NCBI RefSeq assembly: GCF_045037415.1
Contig: NZ_CP173438.1
Source of the DNA: Escherichia coli
Lineage (GTDB): Bacteria > Pseudomonadota > Gammaproteobacteria > Enterobacterales > Enterobacteriaceae
Reading direction: 5' to 3' (one strand)
Length of the DNA: 64,000 bases
Made by a program: the position numbers and the translations under genes. Below are positions 1 to 16,600 of this stretch, in pieces (position 1 is the first letter of the stretch; every line of letters begins with the position of its first letter). The notes beneath the pieces were generated by a model. It did no database searches. It was not told the DNA's origin and worked only from the letters and a program-made list of their open reading frames with translations.

Positions 1-1332
1 TTTATCTTTTGCTGGTTCGGGTTGGCAAAAATTGGCGCGATTATGGTGCCGATTAACGCCCGCCTGTTGCGCGAAGAAAGCACGTGGATCCTGCAAAATA
101 GCCAGGCGTGCCTGCTGGTGACCAGTGCGCAATTTTATCCTATGTATCAACAGATTCAGCAGGAAGATGCCTCTCAGTTGCGGCACATTTGCCTGACAGA
201 TATGGCACTTCCCGCTGATGATGGCGTGAGTTCGTTTACTCAACTGAAAAATCAACAACCTGCCACCTTGTGCTATGCACCGCCGCTATCGACTGACGAT
301 ACGGCGGAAATTCTCTTCACCTCCGGCACCACCTCCCGACCGAAAGGGGTGGTGATAACTCATTACAACCTGCGCTTCGCTGGATATTACTCCGCCTGGC
401 AGTGCGCACTGCGTGATGATGACATCTACCTGACGGTAATGCCTGCATTTCATATCGATTGCCAGTGTACTGCGGCAATGGCGGCATTTTCTGCCGGGGC
501 CACCTTTGTGCTGGTCGAGAAATACAGCGTCCGCGCCTTCTGGGGGCAGGTACAGAAGTACCGTGCCACCGTTACCGAATGTATTCCGATGATGATCCGT
601 ACCCTGATGGTACAACCACCTTCTGTGAATGACAGGCAACACTGCCTGCGGGAAGTGATGTTTTATCTCAACCTGTCAGAGCAGGAAAAAGACGCTTTTT
701 GTGAACGCTTCGGCGTCCGCTTGCTGACGTCTTACGGGATGACGGAAACCATTGTTGGCATTATCGGCGATCGCCCTGGCGATAAACGACGCTGGCCGTC
801 AATTGGTCGGGCGGGGTTTTGCTACGAAGCGGAGATCCGCGACGATCACAATCGCCCGCTCCCGGCAGGTGAAATCGGTGAAATCTGTATTAAAGGCGTA
901 CCAGGGAAAACCATCTTCAAAGAGTATTTTCTCAACCCGAAAGCCACTGCGAAAGTGCTGGAAGCCGATGGCTGGCTACATACCGGCGATACCGGATACC
1001 GCGACGAAGAGGGCTTTTTTTATTTCGTCGATCGCCGCTGCAATATGATCAAACGCGGTGGCGAGAATGTCTCCTGCGTGGAGCTCGAAAATATCATCGC
1101 CACCCATCCCAAAATTCAGGATATCGTGGTTGTGGGTATTAAAGATTCGATTCGCGATGAAGCCATCAAAGCATTTGTGGTGCTGAATGAAGGTGAAACA
1201 TTGAGCGAAGAGGAATTTTTCCGCTTCTGCGAACAAAATATGGCGAAATTTAAAGTGCCCTCTTATCTGGAGATCAGAAAAGATCTGCCACGTAATTGCT
1301 CGGGGAAAATAATTAGAAAGAATCTGAAATAA
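1..1332 (+). CDS. caiC: Crotonobetaine/carnitine-CoA ligase, C-terminal portion (5' end lies outside the window; the TTG at 22 is internal, the frame is open from nt 1)
   Basis: Acyl-CoA synthetase AMP-binding signature [11 protein letters not shown] in the translation; sits directly upstream of caiD-caiE as in the cai operon. Confidence 0.9.
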   Translation, partial: FIFCWFGLAKIGAIMVPINARLLREESTWILQNSQACLLVTSAQFYPMYQQIQQEDASQLRHICLTDMALPADDGVSSFTQLKNQQPATLCYAPPLSTDDTAEILFTSGTTSRPKGVVITHYNLRFAGYYSAWQCALRDDDIYLTVMPAFHIDCQCTAAMAAFSAGATFVLVEKYSVRAFWGQVQKYRATVTECIPMMIRTLMVQPPSVNDRQHCLREVMFYLNLSEQEKDAFCERFGVRLLTSYGMTETIVGIIGDRPGDKRRWPSIGRAGFCYEAEIRDDHNRPLPAGEIGEICIKGVPGKTIFKEYFLNPKATAKVLEADGWLHTGDTGYRDEEGFFYFVDRRCNMIKRGGENVSCVELENIIATHPKIQDIVVVGIKDSIRDEAIKAFVVLNEGETLSEEEFFRFCEQNMAKFKVPSYLEIRKDLPRNCSGKIIRKNLK

Positions 1333-1440
1333 ATGAAACGGCAGGGAACTACCCTGTCAGCTAATAATCACGCTCTAAAACAATATGCATTTTTTGCAGG
1401 GATGTTGTCGTCCCTGAAAAAGCAAAAATGGAGAAAAGGA

Positions 1441-2226
1441 ATGAGTGAATCATTACATCTGACCCGCAATGGATCAATTCTGGAAATTACCCTTGATCGT
1501 CCAAAAGCGAATGCTATTGATGCAAAAACCAGCTTTGAAATGGGCGAAGTATTTCTAAATTTCCGTGACGATCCGCAATTACGTGTCGCCATTATTACCG
1601 GTGCCGGAGAGAAATTCTTTTCCGCGGGCTGGGATTTAAAAGCGGCAGCAGAAGGCGAAGCACCGGATGCTGACTTTGGCCCGGGAGGTTTTGCGGGATT
1701 AACCGAAATTTTCAATCTCGACAAACCGGTCATCGCCGCTGTGAACGGCTATGCCTTTGGCGGCGGCTTTGAACTGGCGCTGGCGGCAGATTTTATTGTT
1801 TGTGCCGATAACGCCAGCTTCGCCCTACCGGAAGCCAAACTGGGCATCGTTCCTGACAGCGGCGGCGTGCTGCGTCTGCCGAAGATCCTGCCGCCTGCCA
1901 TCGTCAATGAAATGGTGATGACCGGCAGACGAATGGGCGCAGAAGAGGCGCTGCGTTGGGGGGTAGTCAACCGCGTGGTTAGCCAGGCGGAACTGATGGA
2001 TAACGCCCGCGAACTGGCGCAGCAGCTGGTTAACAGCGCTCCGCTGGCGATTGCGGCGCTGAAAGAGATCTACCGCACCACCAGCGAAATGCCGGTAGAA
2101 GAAGCGTATCGCTATATTCGCAGCGGCGTGTTGAAACACTATCCATCGGTTCTGCATTCGGAAGATGCCATTGAAGGGCCGCTGGCGTTTGCCGAGAAGC
2201 GCGATCCAGTGTGGAAAGGACGTTAA
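1441..2226 (+). CDS. caiD: Carnitinyl-CoA dehydratase (crotonase fold), 261 aa
   Basis: Translation from the ATG at 1441 ([27 protein letters not shown]...) matches CaiD; the ORF track extends to 1333 but the conserved start is internal. Confidence 0.9.
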   Translation: MSESLHLTRNGSILEITLDRPKANAIDAKTSFEMGEVFLNFRDDPQLRVAIITGAGEKFFSAGWDLKAAAEGEAPDADFGPGGFAGLTEIFNLDKPVIAAVNGYAFGGGFELALAADFIVCADNASFALPEAKLGIVPDSGGVLRLPKILPPAIVNEMVMTGRRMGAEEALRWGVVNRVVSQAELMDNARELAQQLVNSAPLAIAALKEIYRTTSEMPVEEAYRYIRSGVLKHYPSVLHSEDAIEGPLAFAEKRDPVWKGR

Positions 2227-2231
2227 CAACC

Positions 2232-2822
2232 GTGAGCTATTACGCCTTTGAGGGGTTAATTCCGGTTGTTCACCCGACGGCGTTTGTCCATCCCAGTGCA
2301 GTATTGATTGGCGATGTGATTGTGGGAGCCGGTGTCTACATCGGCCCACTCGCCTCACTGCGTGGTGACTACGGGCGGTTGATCGTGCTAGCGGGAGCCA
2401 ATATTCAGGATGGCTGCATTATGCATGGCTACTGCGACACTGACACCATCGTTGGGGAAAACGGTCATATCGGGCACGGAGCGATCCTGCATGGTTGTGT
2501 GATTGGTCGCGATGCACTGGTCGGGATGAACAGCGTGATTATGGATGGCGCGGTCATTGGCGAAGAGAGCATTGTTGCCGCTATGAGCTTTGTCAAAGCG
2601 GGCTTTCGCGGCGAGAAACGCCAGTTGTTGATGGGTACGCCAGCCCGCGCTGTACGCAGCGTGAGTGACGACGAGTTACACTGGAAACGGTTGAATACCA
2701 AAGAGTATCAGGATCTTGTCGGGCGCTGTCATGCATCGTTACATGAAACGCAGCCACTGAGGCAAATGGAGGAAAATCGCCCCCGTTTGCAGGGGACGAC
2801 GGATGTGACGCCGAAACGGTGA
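2232..2822 (+). CDS. caiE: Carnitine operon protein CaiE (hexapeptide-repeat transferase family), GTG start
   Basis: Translation [18 protein letters not shown]... with left-handed beta-helix style repeats; position after caiD. Confidence 0.85.
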   Translation: MSYYAFEGLIPVVHPTAFVHPSAVLIGDVIVGAGVYIGPLASLRGDYGRLIVLAGANIQDGCIMHGYCDTDTIVGENGHIGHGAILHGCVIGRDALVGMNSVIMDGAVIGEESIVAAMSFVKAGFRGEKRQLLMGTPARAVRSVSDDELHWKRLNTKEYQDLVGRCHASLHETQPLRQMEENRPRLQGTTDVTPKR

Positions 2823-2825
2823 TCT

Positions 2826-2916
2826 TGCCGGATGCGGCGTAAACGCCTTATCCGACCTGGCTGGAAAGCAACCGTAGGCCGGATAAGATGCGCCAGCATC
2901 GCATCCGGCAACCAGG
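2826..2916. repeat. REP/BIME-type extragenic palindromic repeats (two inverted copies)
   Basis: gccggatgcggcgtaaacgccttatccgac ... gtaggccggataagatgcgccagcatcgcatccggc motif between convergent caiE and caiF. Confidence 0.7.
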
Positions 2917-2940
2917 CTGCGTGGTATCAACGAAATGACA

Positions 2941-3336
2941 TTAACGACGCATACTCTTTGACAACATCATCTGCCACTTCTGCTCGCGGTTAAGTTCCGT
3001 GAGCGGAACGGCAGGAATACGCGGCGTCTTTCTTACGCCGACTAATTTATCCCGGCTGTTATTGCGCAGACGCGCGTAAATTTGCTCATCGATATCAACC
3101 ACTTTAACCAGTCGCTGACACTGGCATCCCCGCCCTTCCAGCTTATTAGGGATCATCTTAACTTCGCAGCTTATTTCTGTGACTTCCGACAGAATATAAG
3201 TCAGGGTATTAACCGCCTTGCTGTGTTCAATATCGAAATGAATAGAGATCTCTCTTGCTATCACCCACCGATTTTCAGCCATCATCCATTCGGCGATTAA
3301 CAAGTAGAGTGGTTTTTCAACATATCCTTCACACAT
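2941..3336 (-). CDS. caiF: Transcriptional activator of the cai/fix operons, 131 aa
   Basis: Translation from the internal Met (MCEGYVEKPLYLLIAEWMMAENRWVIAREISIHFDIEH...) matches CaiF; the ORF track start at 3441 is an upstream extension. Confidence 0.85.
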   Translation of the reverse strand: MCEGYVEKPLYLLIAEWMMAENRWVIAREISIHFDIEHSKAVNTLTYILSEVTEISCEVKMIPNKLEGRGCQCQRLVKVVDIDEQIYARLRNNSRDKLVGVRKTPRIPAVPLTELNREQKWQMMLSKSMRR

Positions 3337-3596
3337 ACGAACTCCAGTTTCACAAATTAAAAGACTGGCTATGACTCGTTTTGCAGCAATTAAACAAGGC
3401 CATATTAAAATTGTGGATATATCGATAGTATGCAACTTCACCGTCGATAAGTGTGAGCTAAATCCTGCTTATGTCATCAAAAATATCGATTCCCCAAAAG
3501 ATTTACTTAATGGGCAAAAAAAACGGTCCTCATCAGAGAACCGTATTAGTTATTTGATCAAATTAGCGGATGAAAAATATCCGCCATGACACGCTA

Positions 3597-6818
<3,222 letters not shown>

Positions 6819-6835
6819 GGCTCTTTTACTCCTGA

Positions 6836-7984
6836 TTACTTAGCGGTTTTACGGTACTGCTCAATTAACGCGATAAAGTGGTCAAACAACGGCGCGGCGT
6901 CGTGTGGACCAGGGCTGGCTTCCGGGTGTCCCTGGAAGCTGAACGCCGGTTTATCGGTACGATGAATGCCCTGTAACGTACCGTCGAACAGGGATTTATG
7001 TGTGACACGCAGGTTTGCAGGTAATGTTGCTTCATCCACCGCAAAACCGTGGTTCTGGGCGGTGATCATCACCACATTTTTCTCAACATCTTTAACCGGA
7101 TGGTTGCCGCCGTGGTGACCAAATTTCATTTTGACAGTCTTCGCACCGCTCGCCAGCGCCAGCAGCTGATGGCCGAGGCAGATGCCGAATACCGGAATAT
7201 CGGTTTCGAGGAATTTCTGGATGGCGGTAATGGCGTAATCGCACGGGGCCGGGTCGCCAGGACCGTTGGAGAGGAAGATGCCGTCTGGATTCATTTTCAG
7301 CACATCTTCCGCAGAAGTTTGCGCCGGAACGATGGTCAGACGACAGCCTCTATCCACCAGCATCCGCAGGATGTTGCGCTTGGCACCAAAATCATAAGCC
7401 ACGACGTGGTACGGCAGCTCGTCTTCTTTTTTCGCTTCTGGCAGACCGCCGGTCAGCGTCCAGCTCCCTTGTGTCCAGCTATAGGGTTCTGCGGTAGTCA
7501 CTTCTTTTGCCAGATCCATGCCATTCAGGCCAGGGAACGCGCGGGCTTTTTCTAACGCCAGCGCCGCATCCGGGTTATCGCCTGCGATAATGCAGCCATT
7601 CTGTGCGCCTTTCTCGCGCAGTAAACGCGTCAGCTTACGGGTATCGATATCGGCAATCGCCACGATGTTATGGCGCTTCAGGTAAGAAGAGAGGTCTTCG
7701 GTATTACGAAAGTTGCTGGCAATCAGCGGCAGGTCGCGAATCACCAGACCTTGGGCATGTACCTGAGAAGATTCTTCATCGGCGTCATTAGTGCCGACAT
7801 TGCCAATATGGGGATAAGTAAGAGTAACGATTTGACGAGAATAGGAAGGATCAGTGAGGATTTCTTGATAACCGGTCATTGAAGTATTGAAAACGACTTC
7901 CCCAACCGCCGAACCTGTTGCCCCTATGGCCCGACCGTGAAACTGGGTTCCGTCTTCCAGAACCAATAGCGCTGACTTAATCAA
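6836..7984 (-). CDS. carA: Carbamoyl-phosphate synthase small (glutamine amidotransferase) subunit, 382 aa, TTG start
   Basis: Translation (M)[23 protein letters not shown]...; carA is known to start at a UUG codon, and the ORF-track upstream extension has no support. Confidence 0.93.
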   Translation of the reverse strand: MIKSALLVLEDGTQFHGRAIGATGSAVGEVVFNTSMTGYQEILTDPSYSRQIVTLTYPHIGNVGTNDADEESSQVHAQGLVIRDLPLIASNFRNTEDLSSYLKRHNIVAIADIDTRKLTRLLREKGAQNGCIIAGDNPDAALALEKARAFPGLNGMDLAKEVTTAEPYSWTQGSWTLTGGLPEAKKEDELPYHVVAYDFGAKRNILRMLVDRGCRLTIVPAQTSAEDVLKMNPDGIFLSNGPGDPAPCDYAITAIQKFLETDIPVFGICLGHQLLALASGAKTVKMKFGHHGGNHPVKDVEKNVVMITAQNHGFAVDEATLPANLRVTHKSLFDGTLQGIHRTDKPAFSFQGHPEASPGPHDAAPLFDHFIALIEQYRKTAK

Positions 7985-8017
7985 AACACCCTCCAGAGAA
8001 TATTCACTCACTTTATT

Positions 8018-8060
8018 TGCATATTAATTCACAATGATGACGTAAATCAATGCAAATCTG
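8018..8060 (-). promoter_or_regulatory. carAB control region: ARG-box-like operators (TGAAT-N-ATTCA type) overlapping the arginine-regulated promoter
   Basis: Reverse complement reads tgaattaatatgcaaataaagtgagtgaatattctct immediately upstream of carA; matches the ArgR box pattern. Confidence 0.4.
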
Positions 8061-8354
8061 CTTACCGACGAATTTCTGGCAAACGGCGGCATTCTGGAGA
8101 TATGGGAGCTAAAAGTCAACTTAATGGCGGGATTTTTTATATTATTTTGTGGCTCATGCATGTTTTACAGGCATTAAGCGACAAAAAGATCATATAACAT
8201 GTTCTGGAAAACGCTTGCGCAGCAAGAAGATTGCATGAAATCAAAATGAGTAGAAAAAAGTGGACCAAATGGTCAAAATTTACATTAAAACAACAAAAAC
8301 AGAATACAAAACATGTAACTTTCAGCATTTGCATTAAATTTAAAAACATAACAC

Positions 8355-8390
8355 CAAAAATAAAAGGGCCAAAAATTAAAGCCCTTTATA
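8355..8390 (-). terminator. Putative intrinsic terminator downstream of dapB
   Basis: Hairpin aaagggc-N11-gcccttt followed by a T-rich run on the minus strand. Confidence 0.4.
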
Positions 8391-8439
8391 TTCAATGAAT
8401 TAAATGTGTTATTTTTGCATCATTATAAATATTTTGTGG

Positions 8440-9276
<837 letters not shown>

Positions 9277-9421
9277 TTAATTTGCATAGACCGTTTTCAG
9301 AGTAACCAGCGCATCGCTACGCCGCCAGCCAAAAACGCTGATAATTAGAAATTAATGATAAACAGGGAGGGATATCAGTGAAAGGCATGACGCAGAAAGT
9401 GATGCGTCATACCCTCTGGCA

Positions 9422-9787
9422 TTATGCCTGGTCTTGTGACTTTGACGGCAGGCAGCACAGTATAAGCAGAATTACGCCCGTAACAGGGATCAACACGACA
9501 ATGGTAACCCACCACCCTGAATATCCGATATCGTGCATCCTTCTGACGGCTAACGCTATCGCCGGTACGGCAAAAATCAACGTTAAAATAAATGACGCGG
9601 GCAGCGCAAAAAAAATGAAAACACCATAGTCATTGTTAATTGTTACCGCTAACCACCAACATAAAAGCGGAAGCAGACAGATAACGCCACTACCAATCAT
9701 AAACGACCAGAACTCGAAGCGATTGGAAACACCTTCATAATTAAAGATGTTTTTCCACCCTTCCAGATACGCTTCTCCATACGTCAT
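9422..9787 (-). CDS. Small inner-membrane protein, DUF805-like (YhaH/YhaI family); not present at this position in K-12
   Basis: 121 aa; N-terminal NYEGVSNRFEFWSF motif resembling the DUF805 signature, followed by hydrophobic helices; good SD (aaggaag) 8 nt before the ATG; 22 bp downstream of rihC. Confidence 0.65.
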   Translation of the reverse strand: MTYGEAYLEGWKNIFNYEGVSNRFEFWSFMIGSGVICLLPLLCWWLAVTINNDYGVFIFFALPASFILTLIFAVPAIALAVRRMHDIGYSGWWVTIVVLIPVTGVILLILCCLPSKSQDQA

Positions 9788-9809
9788 AGAACACTTCCTT
9801 GTTTTATTA

Positions 9810-10724
9810 TTAGAGCGCCAGGGCCAGCACCTCAGCCACCCACTGCTGGAAGCCTTTCACATCCAGATCCAGCGCCACCTGTACATTGGCTGGTTTGCCC
9901 AGGCAACCGTCGATATCAACAACCGTCGTGCCTGAGGTAAATTCACCCTGAGTTTCTACCGCGACAAAACACGGTTTGAGTGTGAACAATTCCGGGCGCA
10001 CCAGCCAGGCGATAGCGCAAAGATCGTGCATACGTAGTCCACTTTGCATACTGCCGCTACGGTAGTGGCTAAACAGGGCGTGTAGCATTTTTCCGGTGCG
10101 ATTCAACTCCGGCAAAGTAGCGAGATAGTCAGGGGTTAATATTGCCTGATTGGTGACATCCAGACCGCACATGACGATTTCGATGCCGCTACGGAAGACA
10201 CAGGCTGCCGCTTCTGGATCGGCAGCGATATTAAACTCGGCGTTTGGTGTGCAGTTGCCGCGACCAGCAGAACCGCCCATGATCACCAGACGGCGAATAT
10301 ACGGCTTACATTCCGGGCATTGTGAAAGTAACAGCGCAATATTGGTTAACGGACCGATAGCCACCAGGGTAACGGGCTCTGGCGCACGCATCAGGGCATC
10401 ACGAATTGCCAGAAACGCCGGTATACCCAGTGGCTGACGGTTGTGTTCAACAAAGTTATAGCCAGCCATTCCCGATTCACCGTGTACAGATGCCGCATCG
10501 CGCGGCGCACGAACCAGTGGTACGGCAGCGCCCTGGGCAAGCGGAATATCCACATTCCAGAAATGCAGCAGTTGCAGGGCGTTGCGGGTGGTTTTCTCTA
10601 CCGAAACATTACCCGCGACTGTGGTCATCAGTTGCAGATCGAGTTCGGGGGTAAAAATCGCGGCGGCAATGGCAACGGCATCGTCAATGCCGGGGTCTGT
10701 ATCGAGGAAGATAGGTAAATGCAT
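9810..10724 (-). CDS. rihC: Non-specific ribonucleoside hydrolase, 304 aa
   Basis: [22 protein letters not shown]... nucleoside hydrolase DxDxxxDD motif. Confidence 0.93.
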   Translation of the reverse strand: MHLPIFLDTDPGIDDAVAIAAAIFTPELDLQLMTTVAGNVSVEKTTRNALQLLHFWNVDIPLAQGAAVPLVRAPRDAASVHGESGMAGYNFVEHNRQPLGIPAFLAIRDALMRAPEPVTLVAIGPLTNIALLLSQCPECKPYIRRLVIMGGSAGRGNCTPNAEFNIAADPEAAACVFRSGIEIVMCGLDVTNQAILTPDYLATLPELNRTGKMLHALFSHYRSGSMQSGLRMHDLCAIAWLVRPELFTLKPCFVAVETQGEFTSGTTVVDIDGCLGKPANVQVALDLDVKGFQQWVAEVLALAL

Positions 10725-10789
10725 GTTTTCTCCATAAAAAATGCCGGTAACAAGACCGGCATTTTCGCATAACTTAGACTACTAATGAC

Positions 10790-11740
10790 TTAATCGACTT
10801 CACGAATATCGACACGCAGCTCTTTCGGCACTTCGAAGACGATATTTTCTTCGCGGCCTTCCAGCGGAATGGCTTCGCCACCGCCAAGCTGCTGCAAGCG
10901 TGCCACCACATTCTGCACCAGAATATCCGGAGCCGATGCGCCCGCAGTCACGCCGACGCATTTAACCTCTTTCACCCACTCTTCCTGGATATCTTTCGCA
11001 TCGTCAATCAAAAATGCGCGTTTGCCCATACGCTGGGCCAGTTCCGCCAGACGGTTGGAGTTGGAGGAGTTTTTCGAACCAACCACCAGTACTACTTCCG
11101 CCTGCTCTGCCAGGGCGCGTACCGCTTCCTGACGGTTAGTCGTGGCGTAGCAGATGTCATCTTTGCGCGGACCGACAATTTTCGGGAAGCGTTTACGCAG
11201 CGCGTCGATCACATCAGACGTGTCATCCACCGACAGCGTGGTTTGGGTCATAAAGGAGAGCTTCTCTTCATTTTTGACCGTCAGTTTCCACACATCGTCT
11301 GGCGATTCGACCAGATACATTCCCCCTTCCGGGTTGCTGTACTGGCCCATCGTCCCTTCCACTTCCGGGTGCCCGGCGTGACCGATGAGAATAGATTCTT
11401 CACCACGACGGCTGGCGCGGGCGACTTCCATATGCACTTTGGTCACCAGCGGACAGGTGGCATCAAACACCGTCAAATCGCGGCTTTTCGCTTCGTTACG
11501 TACTGCCTGAGAAACACCGTGTGCGGAGAAAATCAGGATCGCGCCGTCCGGTACTTCGCTAATCTGCTCAATAAAGATAGCCCCACGCTCGCGCAGGCTA
11601 TCGACCACGTAGCGGTTATGCACCACTTCGTGACGGACATATATCGGTGCGCCGTAAATGGCCAGCGCGTTTTCAACAATGCTGATAGCGCGGTCTACCC
11701 CGGCACAAAAACCACGCGGGTTGGCCAACAGGATCTGCAT
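10790..11740 (-). CDS. ispH: 4-hydroxy-3-methylbut-2-enyl diphosphate reductase, 316 aa
   Basis: Translation from the internal Met [19 protein letters not shown]... matches IspH/LytB; the ORF-track start at 11824 is an upstream extension. Confidence 0.93.
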
Positions 11741-11741
11741 G

Positions 11742-12191
11742 TTACGCCTCCAGTGCCGGATCGATTTCCAGCACTTCAATATCAAAATGAACGGTCTGCC
11801 CGGCCAGCGGATGGTTGAAATCAACGGTAATGGAGTCGCCGTTAATTTCGCGGATCACGCCAGGCATCTCACTGCCATCCATTGCGGTAAAAAGCATGAT
11901 TGCGCCAATTTCTGGCTCGCCTGCATCCATAAATTCACGGCGGGAGAAGTACTGAATCAGGTCCGGTGACGGCACGCCAAACGCCGCATCTGGCTCCAGC
12001 GAGAAGGTGGTTTTATCGCCCACTTTCAGCCCCAGCAGGTGTTGCTCCAGCCCTTCAGAAAGAGAAGCATCACCCAGGCGGAACAGCGCCGGTTTACCGT
12101 TGTTGCGGGTAGACTCAGCGGTGGTGCCATCATCGAGTTTCAGCGTGAAGTGCACCAGGACGGCGCTATTGCTCTGTACAGATTCAGACAT
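11742..12191 (-). CDS. fkpB: FKBP-type peptidyl-prolyl cis-trans isomerase, 149 aa
   Basis: [41 protein letters not shown]... ; stop adjacent to the ispH start. Confidence 0.93.
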
Positions 12192-12213
12192 GCAGGTTTG
12201 CTCTTATATTTTG

Positions 12214-12295
12214 AGGATTTTTGCCGGATGCGGCCTACGATTTCGCAGCAATCTGTAGGCCGGATAAGATGCGTCAGCATCGCATCCGGCAGGGT
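12214..12295. repeat. REP/BIME palindromic repeats between lspA and fkpB
   Basis: gccggatgcggcctacg ... gtaggccggataagatgcgtcagcatcgcatccggc. Confidence 0.6.
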
Positions 12296-12298
12296 TTA

Positions 12299-12793
12299 TT
12301 ATTGTTTTTTCGCTTTAGAAGGTAAAAAACCTTCCAGCACAATCAGTGCCGCACCGACACAAATGGCAGTATCGGCAAGGTTGAAGGTGGCGAAGTGCCA
12401 GTCGCCGACGTAGAAGTCGATCATATCGACAACGAAGCCGTGCCACAGGCGGTCGAACAGGTTGCCCAGCGCGCCGCCAATAATCAGCGCGTAAGCGATA
12501 TTGTTTAGCTTCTGCGCGGCCTTCGAGCGATACATCATCACTACCAGGATCACGCTAATACCAATCGCAATACCGGCAAAGAACCAACGCTGCCAGCCGC
12601 CGCTATCGGCAAGGAAACTAAACGCCGCGCCATAGTTACGCGCATAATGCAGATTAAGCGACGGGAACAGCGGGACCGTATCCCCCAGAGCAAAGTTCTG
12701 GAGGATCAGGTATTTGCTGCCCAGATCGATAATCAGCACGACTACCACCAGCCACAGCCAGCGTAGCCCTGTTGAACAGATCGATTGACTCAT
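12299..12793 (-). CDS. lspA: Lipoprotein signal peptidase (SPase II), 164 aa
   Basis: Polytopic membrane protein of the correct length and position; start overlaps the ileS stop. Confidence 0.95.
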   Translation of the reverse strand: MSQSICSTGLRWLWLVVVVLIIDLGSKYLILQNFALGDTVPLFPSLNLHYARNYGAAFSFLADSGGWQRWFFAGIAIGISVILVVMMYRSKAAQKLNNIAYALIIGGALGNLFDRLWHGFVVDMIDFYVGDWHFATFNLADTAICVGAALIVLEGFLPSKAKKQ

Positions 12794-15609
12794 CAGGCAA
12801 ACTTACGTTTTTCACCGTCACCGGCGACGTTGCTGACACAGCGGCCGCAGATTTCTGCGTGTTCCGCCACCTTGCCGACATCCTGGGTGTAGTGCCAGCA
12901 GCGAGGGCACTTCTCACCTTCGGCTTTACTCAACGCGACTTTCAGCCCTTTGAGGACTTCGCTCTGCTGGGCATCAGCAGGTGCGTCGTTATAGTCTGCA
13001 ACGGTAGCGCCGGAGGTCAACAGGACAAATCGTAATTCATCGCCCAGCGCGGTCAGTTTCGCCGCCAGTTCCGGTTCTGCATACAAGGTTACTGCAGCTT
13101 CCAGCGAGCCGCCCACTTTCTTATCGGCACGCGCTTGCTCAATGACTTTGTTCACTTCGCCACGCACTTTCAACAGCTCGTCCCAGAACGCATCGTTCAT
13201 TGCTTCACTGTCTGCCAGACCAAACAGGCCTTCGTACCACTCGCCGGTGAAGACGTATTTTTCACGTTCGCCCGGCAGGTAGCCCCACACTTCATCAGCG
13301 GTGAAGGAGAGGATTGGTGCCATCCAGCGAACCAGCGCTTCTGCGATGTGATACAGCGCAGTCTGGCAGCTACGACGCGCCACGCTGTCCGCTTTGGCGG
13401 TATACTGACGGTCTTTGATGATGTCGAGGTAGAAGGAACCCATCTCAACGGAGCAGAAGCGCATCAGACGCTGTACCACTTCGTGGAAATCGTATGCTTC
13501 GTACGCCTTGAGGATGTCTTCCTGTGCCGCTTTCGCACAACCTACGGCCCAGCGATCCAGTACCACCATCTCTTCCGGTTTCACCATATCTTTTGCCGGA
13601 TCAAAACCGTTCAGGTTTGCCAGCAGGAAGCGCGCGGTGTTACGGATACGACGATAGCTGTCGGCAGCACGTTTCAGAATCTCGTCAGAAACAGCCATTT
13701 CGCCGGTGTAGTCGGTTGATGCCACCCACAGACGCAGAATATCCGCACCCAGTTTGTTCATCACATCCTGCGGCGAAACGGTGTTACCGATGGATTTAGA
13801 CATCTTGCGACCCTGACCATCCACGGTAAAGCCGTGAGTCAGTACCTGACGATATGGCGCTTTGCCCTTCATCGCGGTAGAGATCATCAGGGAAGACATG
13901 AACCAGCCACGGTGTTGGTCAGAACCTTCCAGATACATGTCCGCTGCGTGACCGGCAAATTCCGGACGCACATCAACAACGGAAGAGTGGGTAGATCCGG
14001 AGTCAAACCATACATCCAGCGTATCCGGTACTTTCACATACTGGTCAGCTTCGTCGCCGAGGATCTCTTTCGCATCGAGATCCCACCACGCCTGGATGCC
14101 GTCAACTTCAACGCGTTTTGCCACTTCTTCCATCAGTTCGAGAGTACGCGGATGCAGTTCTTCTGTGTCTTTGTGCACGAACAGTGACATCGGCACGCCC
14201 CAGGTACGCTGACGAGAGATACACCAGTCAGGACGGTTAGCAACCATCGACTCGATACGCGCCTGGCCCCAGTCAGGGATCCACTGCACGCCTTTGATCT
14301 CTTTCAGTGACTGCGCACGCAGACCTTTCTGATCCATGCTGACGAACCACTGCGGCGTCGCGCGGAAGATGATCGGCGTTTTATGACGCCAGCAGCACGG
14401 ATAGCTGTGTTGCATTTTCTCAACGTGCAACAGTGCGCCTTTTTCCTGCAACAACGCAATGACAATATCGTTCGCTTTGAAGACGTTAACGCCATCCAGA
14501 GTCGGGTAAGTACCCGGCAGATAAGTGCCGTCCGGGCCAACCGGGTTAGCGGTTTCCAGACCATATTTTTGACCGATCACATAGTCGTCCGGACCGTGGC
14601 CTGGCGCGGTATGAACGGCACCGGTACCGGCATCCAGCGTAACGTGGTCGCCAAGAATTGCCGGAACATCGAAGTCCATAAACGGATGGGTAAAGCGCAA
14701 CAGTTCCAGCTCAGCACCTTTCACCGTGCCAAGAATGGTGTAATCGCTAACGCCGATACGCTGCATTACGCTTTCAACCAGATCTTTCGCCAGAATCACG
14801 GCCTGACCGTCGATTTGCACCAGCGCATAATCAAAATCAGGTGCAATGGAGATTGCGCGGTTAGCAGGCAGCGTCCACGGCGTGGTGGTCCATATAACCA
14901 GCGAAATTGGGCCGTTAACATTGCTTACGCCAAATTTCGTTTTCAGCGCATCCTGATCGACCGCCTGGAAAGCGACGTCGATGGACGGAGAAGTTTTGTC
15001 GTAATACTCAACTTCCGCTTCTGCCAGTGCAGAACGGCAGTCAACGCACCAGTGCACCGGCTTCGCGCCTTTGTGCAGGTGACCGTTGCCGATGATTTTG
15101 CCCAGCGCGCGGATGATGTTGGCTTCAGTTTTGAAGTCCATGGTCAGGTACGGGTGCGACCAGTCGCCCAGCACGCCCAGACGGATAAAGTCTTTGCGCT
15201 GACCGTCAACCTGGGTCGCAGCGTATTCGCGGCACTTGGCGCGGAACTCAGCGGCGGTGAATTTCTCCCCCGGCTTACCGTATTCTTGCTCTACTTTCAG
15301 TTCGATTGGCAGACCATGACAGTCCCAGCCAGGCACATACGGCGAGTCATATCCAGAAAGCCCTTTGGACTTAATGATAATGTCTTTCAGAATCTTGTTA
15401 ACCGAGTGACCAATATGAATGCTGCCATTCGCATAAGGAGGGCCATCATGCAGAATGAAGGTTTTTTTGCCTTTTTTAGCTGCACGAATGATGCCGTACA
15501 GATCATCATCAGTCCAACGCGCCAGCATTCCCGGTTCGCGCTTGGCGAGATCGCCACGCATCGGGAACCCTGTTTCCGGCAAATTCAGGGTTGATTTATA
15601 GTCACTCAT
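12793..15609 (-). CDS. ileS: Isoleucine--tRNA ligase, 938 aa
   Basis: Class I aaRS HIGH ([11 protein letters not shown]) and KMSKS (KMSKSIGN) motifs; C-terminal zinc-binding cysteines. Confidence 0.97.
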
Positions 15610-15651
15610 CAGATTCTCGGTTCCGTATTTCGGTTTGATTACATAACAGGC

Positions 15652-16593
15652 TTAAGCCGGTTTTGTTAGCCCAAAAAATTCGCGGGCGGTTAATTCATCA
15701 CGCGCAATCTGCGCTTTCAGTTCGTCCAGCGATGCAAATCGCTGCTCATTGCGTATTTTTTTACGCAGCACTACTTGTATATGGCGACCATAAAGGTCCA
15801 TTGCAACATCTAACAAATGCACTTCCAGTTGCTGGCGAATACCGGCAACCGTTGGGCGTGTTCCGATGTTTGCAACGCCGGGTAACGGCTTTTCGCCAAG
15901 GCCCAACACTTCTACCGCATAAACCCCTTTCACCGGGGAAACCTGACGGCGTAGCGGTACATTCGCCGTCGGGAAACCTATAGTGCGCCCTAATTCATCA
16001 CCGTGGACTACACGCCCGGAGATGGCAAACGGGTGCCCCAGTAAACTTTCTGCCAGAGCCAGATTGTCATCCGCCAGCGCCTGACGCACGGCGGTGCTGC
16101 TGATACGCACGCCACCTTCGCAAAAAGTTTGCGTGCTGGTGATATCGAAGCCGTATTCCATACCCGCTTTCTGTAATAACAAGAAATCGCCTTCACGACC
16201 AGCGCCAAAGCGGAAATCGTCACCTACGGCAAGAAATTTTACCCGCAAGTGCTTCACCAGAAGATCACTGATGAAGTTTTGCGCGGTTAACGCCGCAAAA
16301 CGCCTGTCAAAACGCACGCACAGCACGTAATCAACGCCACACTCTGCAAGATAACGCAGTTTTTCCCGCAGCCGGGTCAGCCGTGCCGGGGCTTTATCAG
16401 TAGCAAACAGTTCCAGTGGTTGAGGTTCAAAAAGCATCACCATCACCGGTAAGTTGCGCTTGCGCCCTTCTTCCTGCAAGCCCTGTAACAGCGCGCGATG
16501 ACCGCGATGCACGCCGTCGAAATTACCAATAGTCAGCACACACCCTTCTTGCGGGGCCTGGCTGAGATTATGTATGCCGCGTATCAGCTTCAT
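15652..16593 (-). CDS. ribF: Bifunctional riboflavin kinase / FMN adenylyltransferase, 313 aa
   Basis: MKLIRGIHNLSQAPQEGCVLTIGNFDGVHRGH...; upstream of ileS in the same orientation. Confidence 0.95.
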   Translation of the reverse strand: MKLIRGIHNLSQAPQEGCVLTIGNFDGVHRGHRALLQGLQEEGRKRNLPVMVMLFEPQPLELFATDKAPARLTRLREKLRYLAECGVDYVLCVRFDRRFAALTAQNFISDLLVKHLRVKFLAVGDDFRFGAGREGDFLLLQKAGMEYGFDITSTQTFCEGGVRISSTAVRQALADDNLALAESLLGHPFAISGRVVHGDELGRTIGFPTANVPLRRQVSPVKGVYAVEVLGLGEKPLPGVANIGTRPTVAGIRQQLEVHLLDVAMDLYGRHIQVVLRKKIRNEQRFASLDELKAQIARDELTAREFFGLTKPA

Positions 16594-16600
16594 GTCTGGC

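Noticed and set aside
22-1332. ORF-track start at 22 (TTG) as the caiC initiation codon
   Set aside because: The reading frame is open back to nt 1 and the sequence is internal to CaiC (about 517 aa); the gene is truncated by the window edge.
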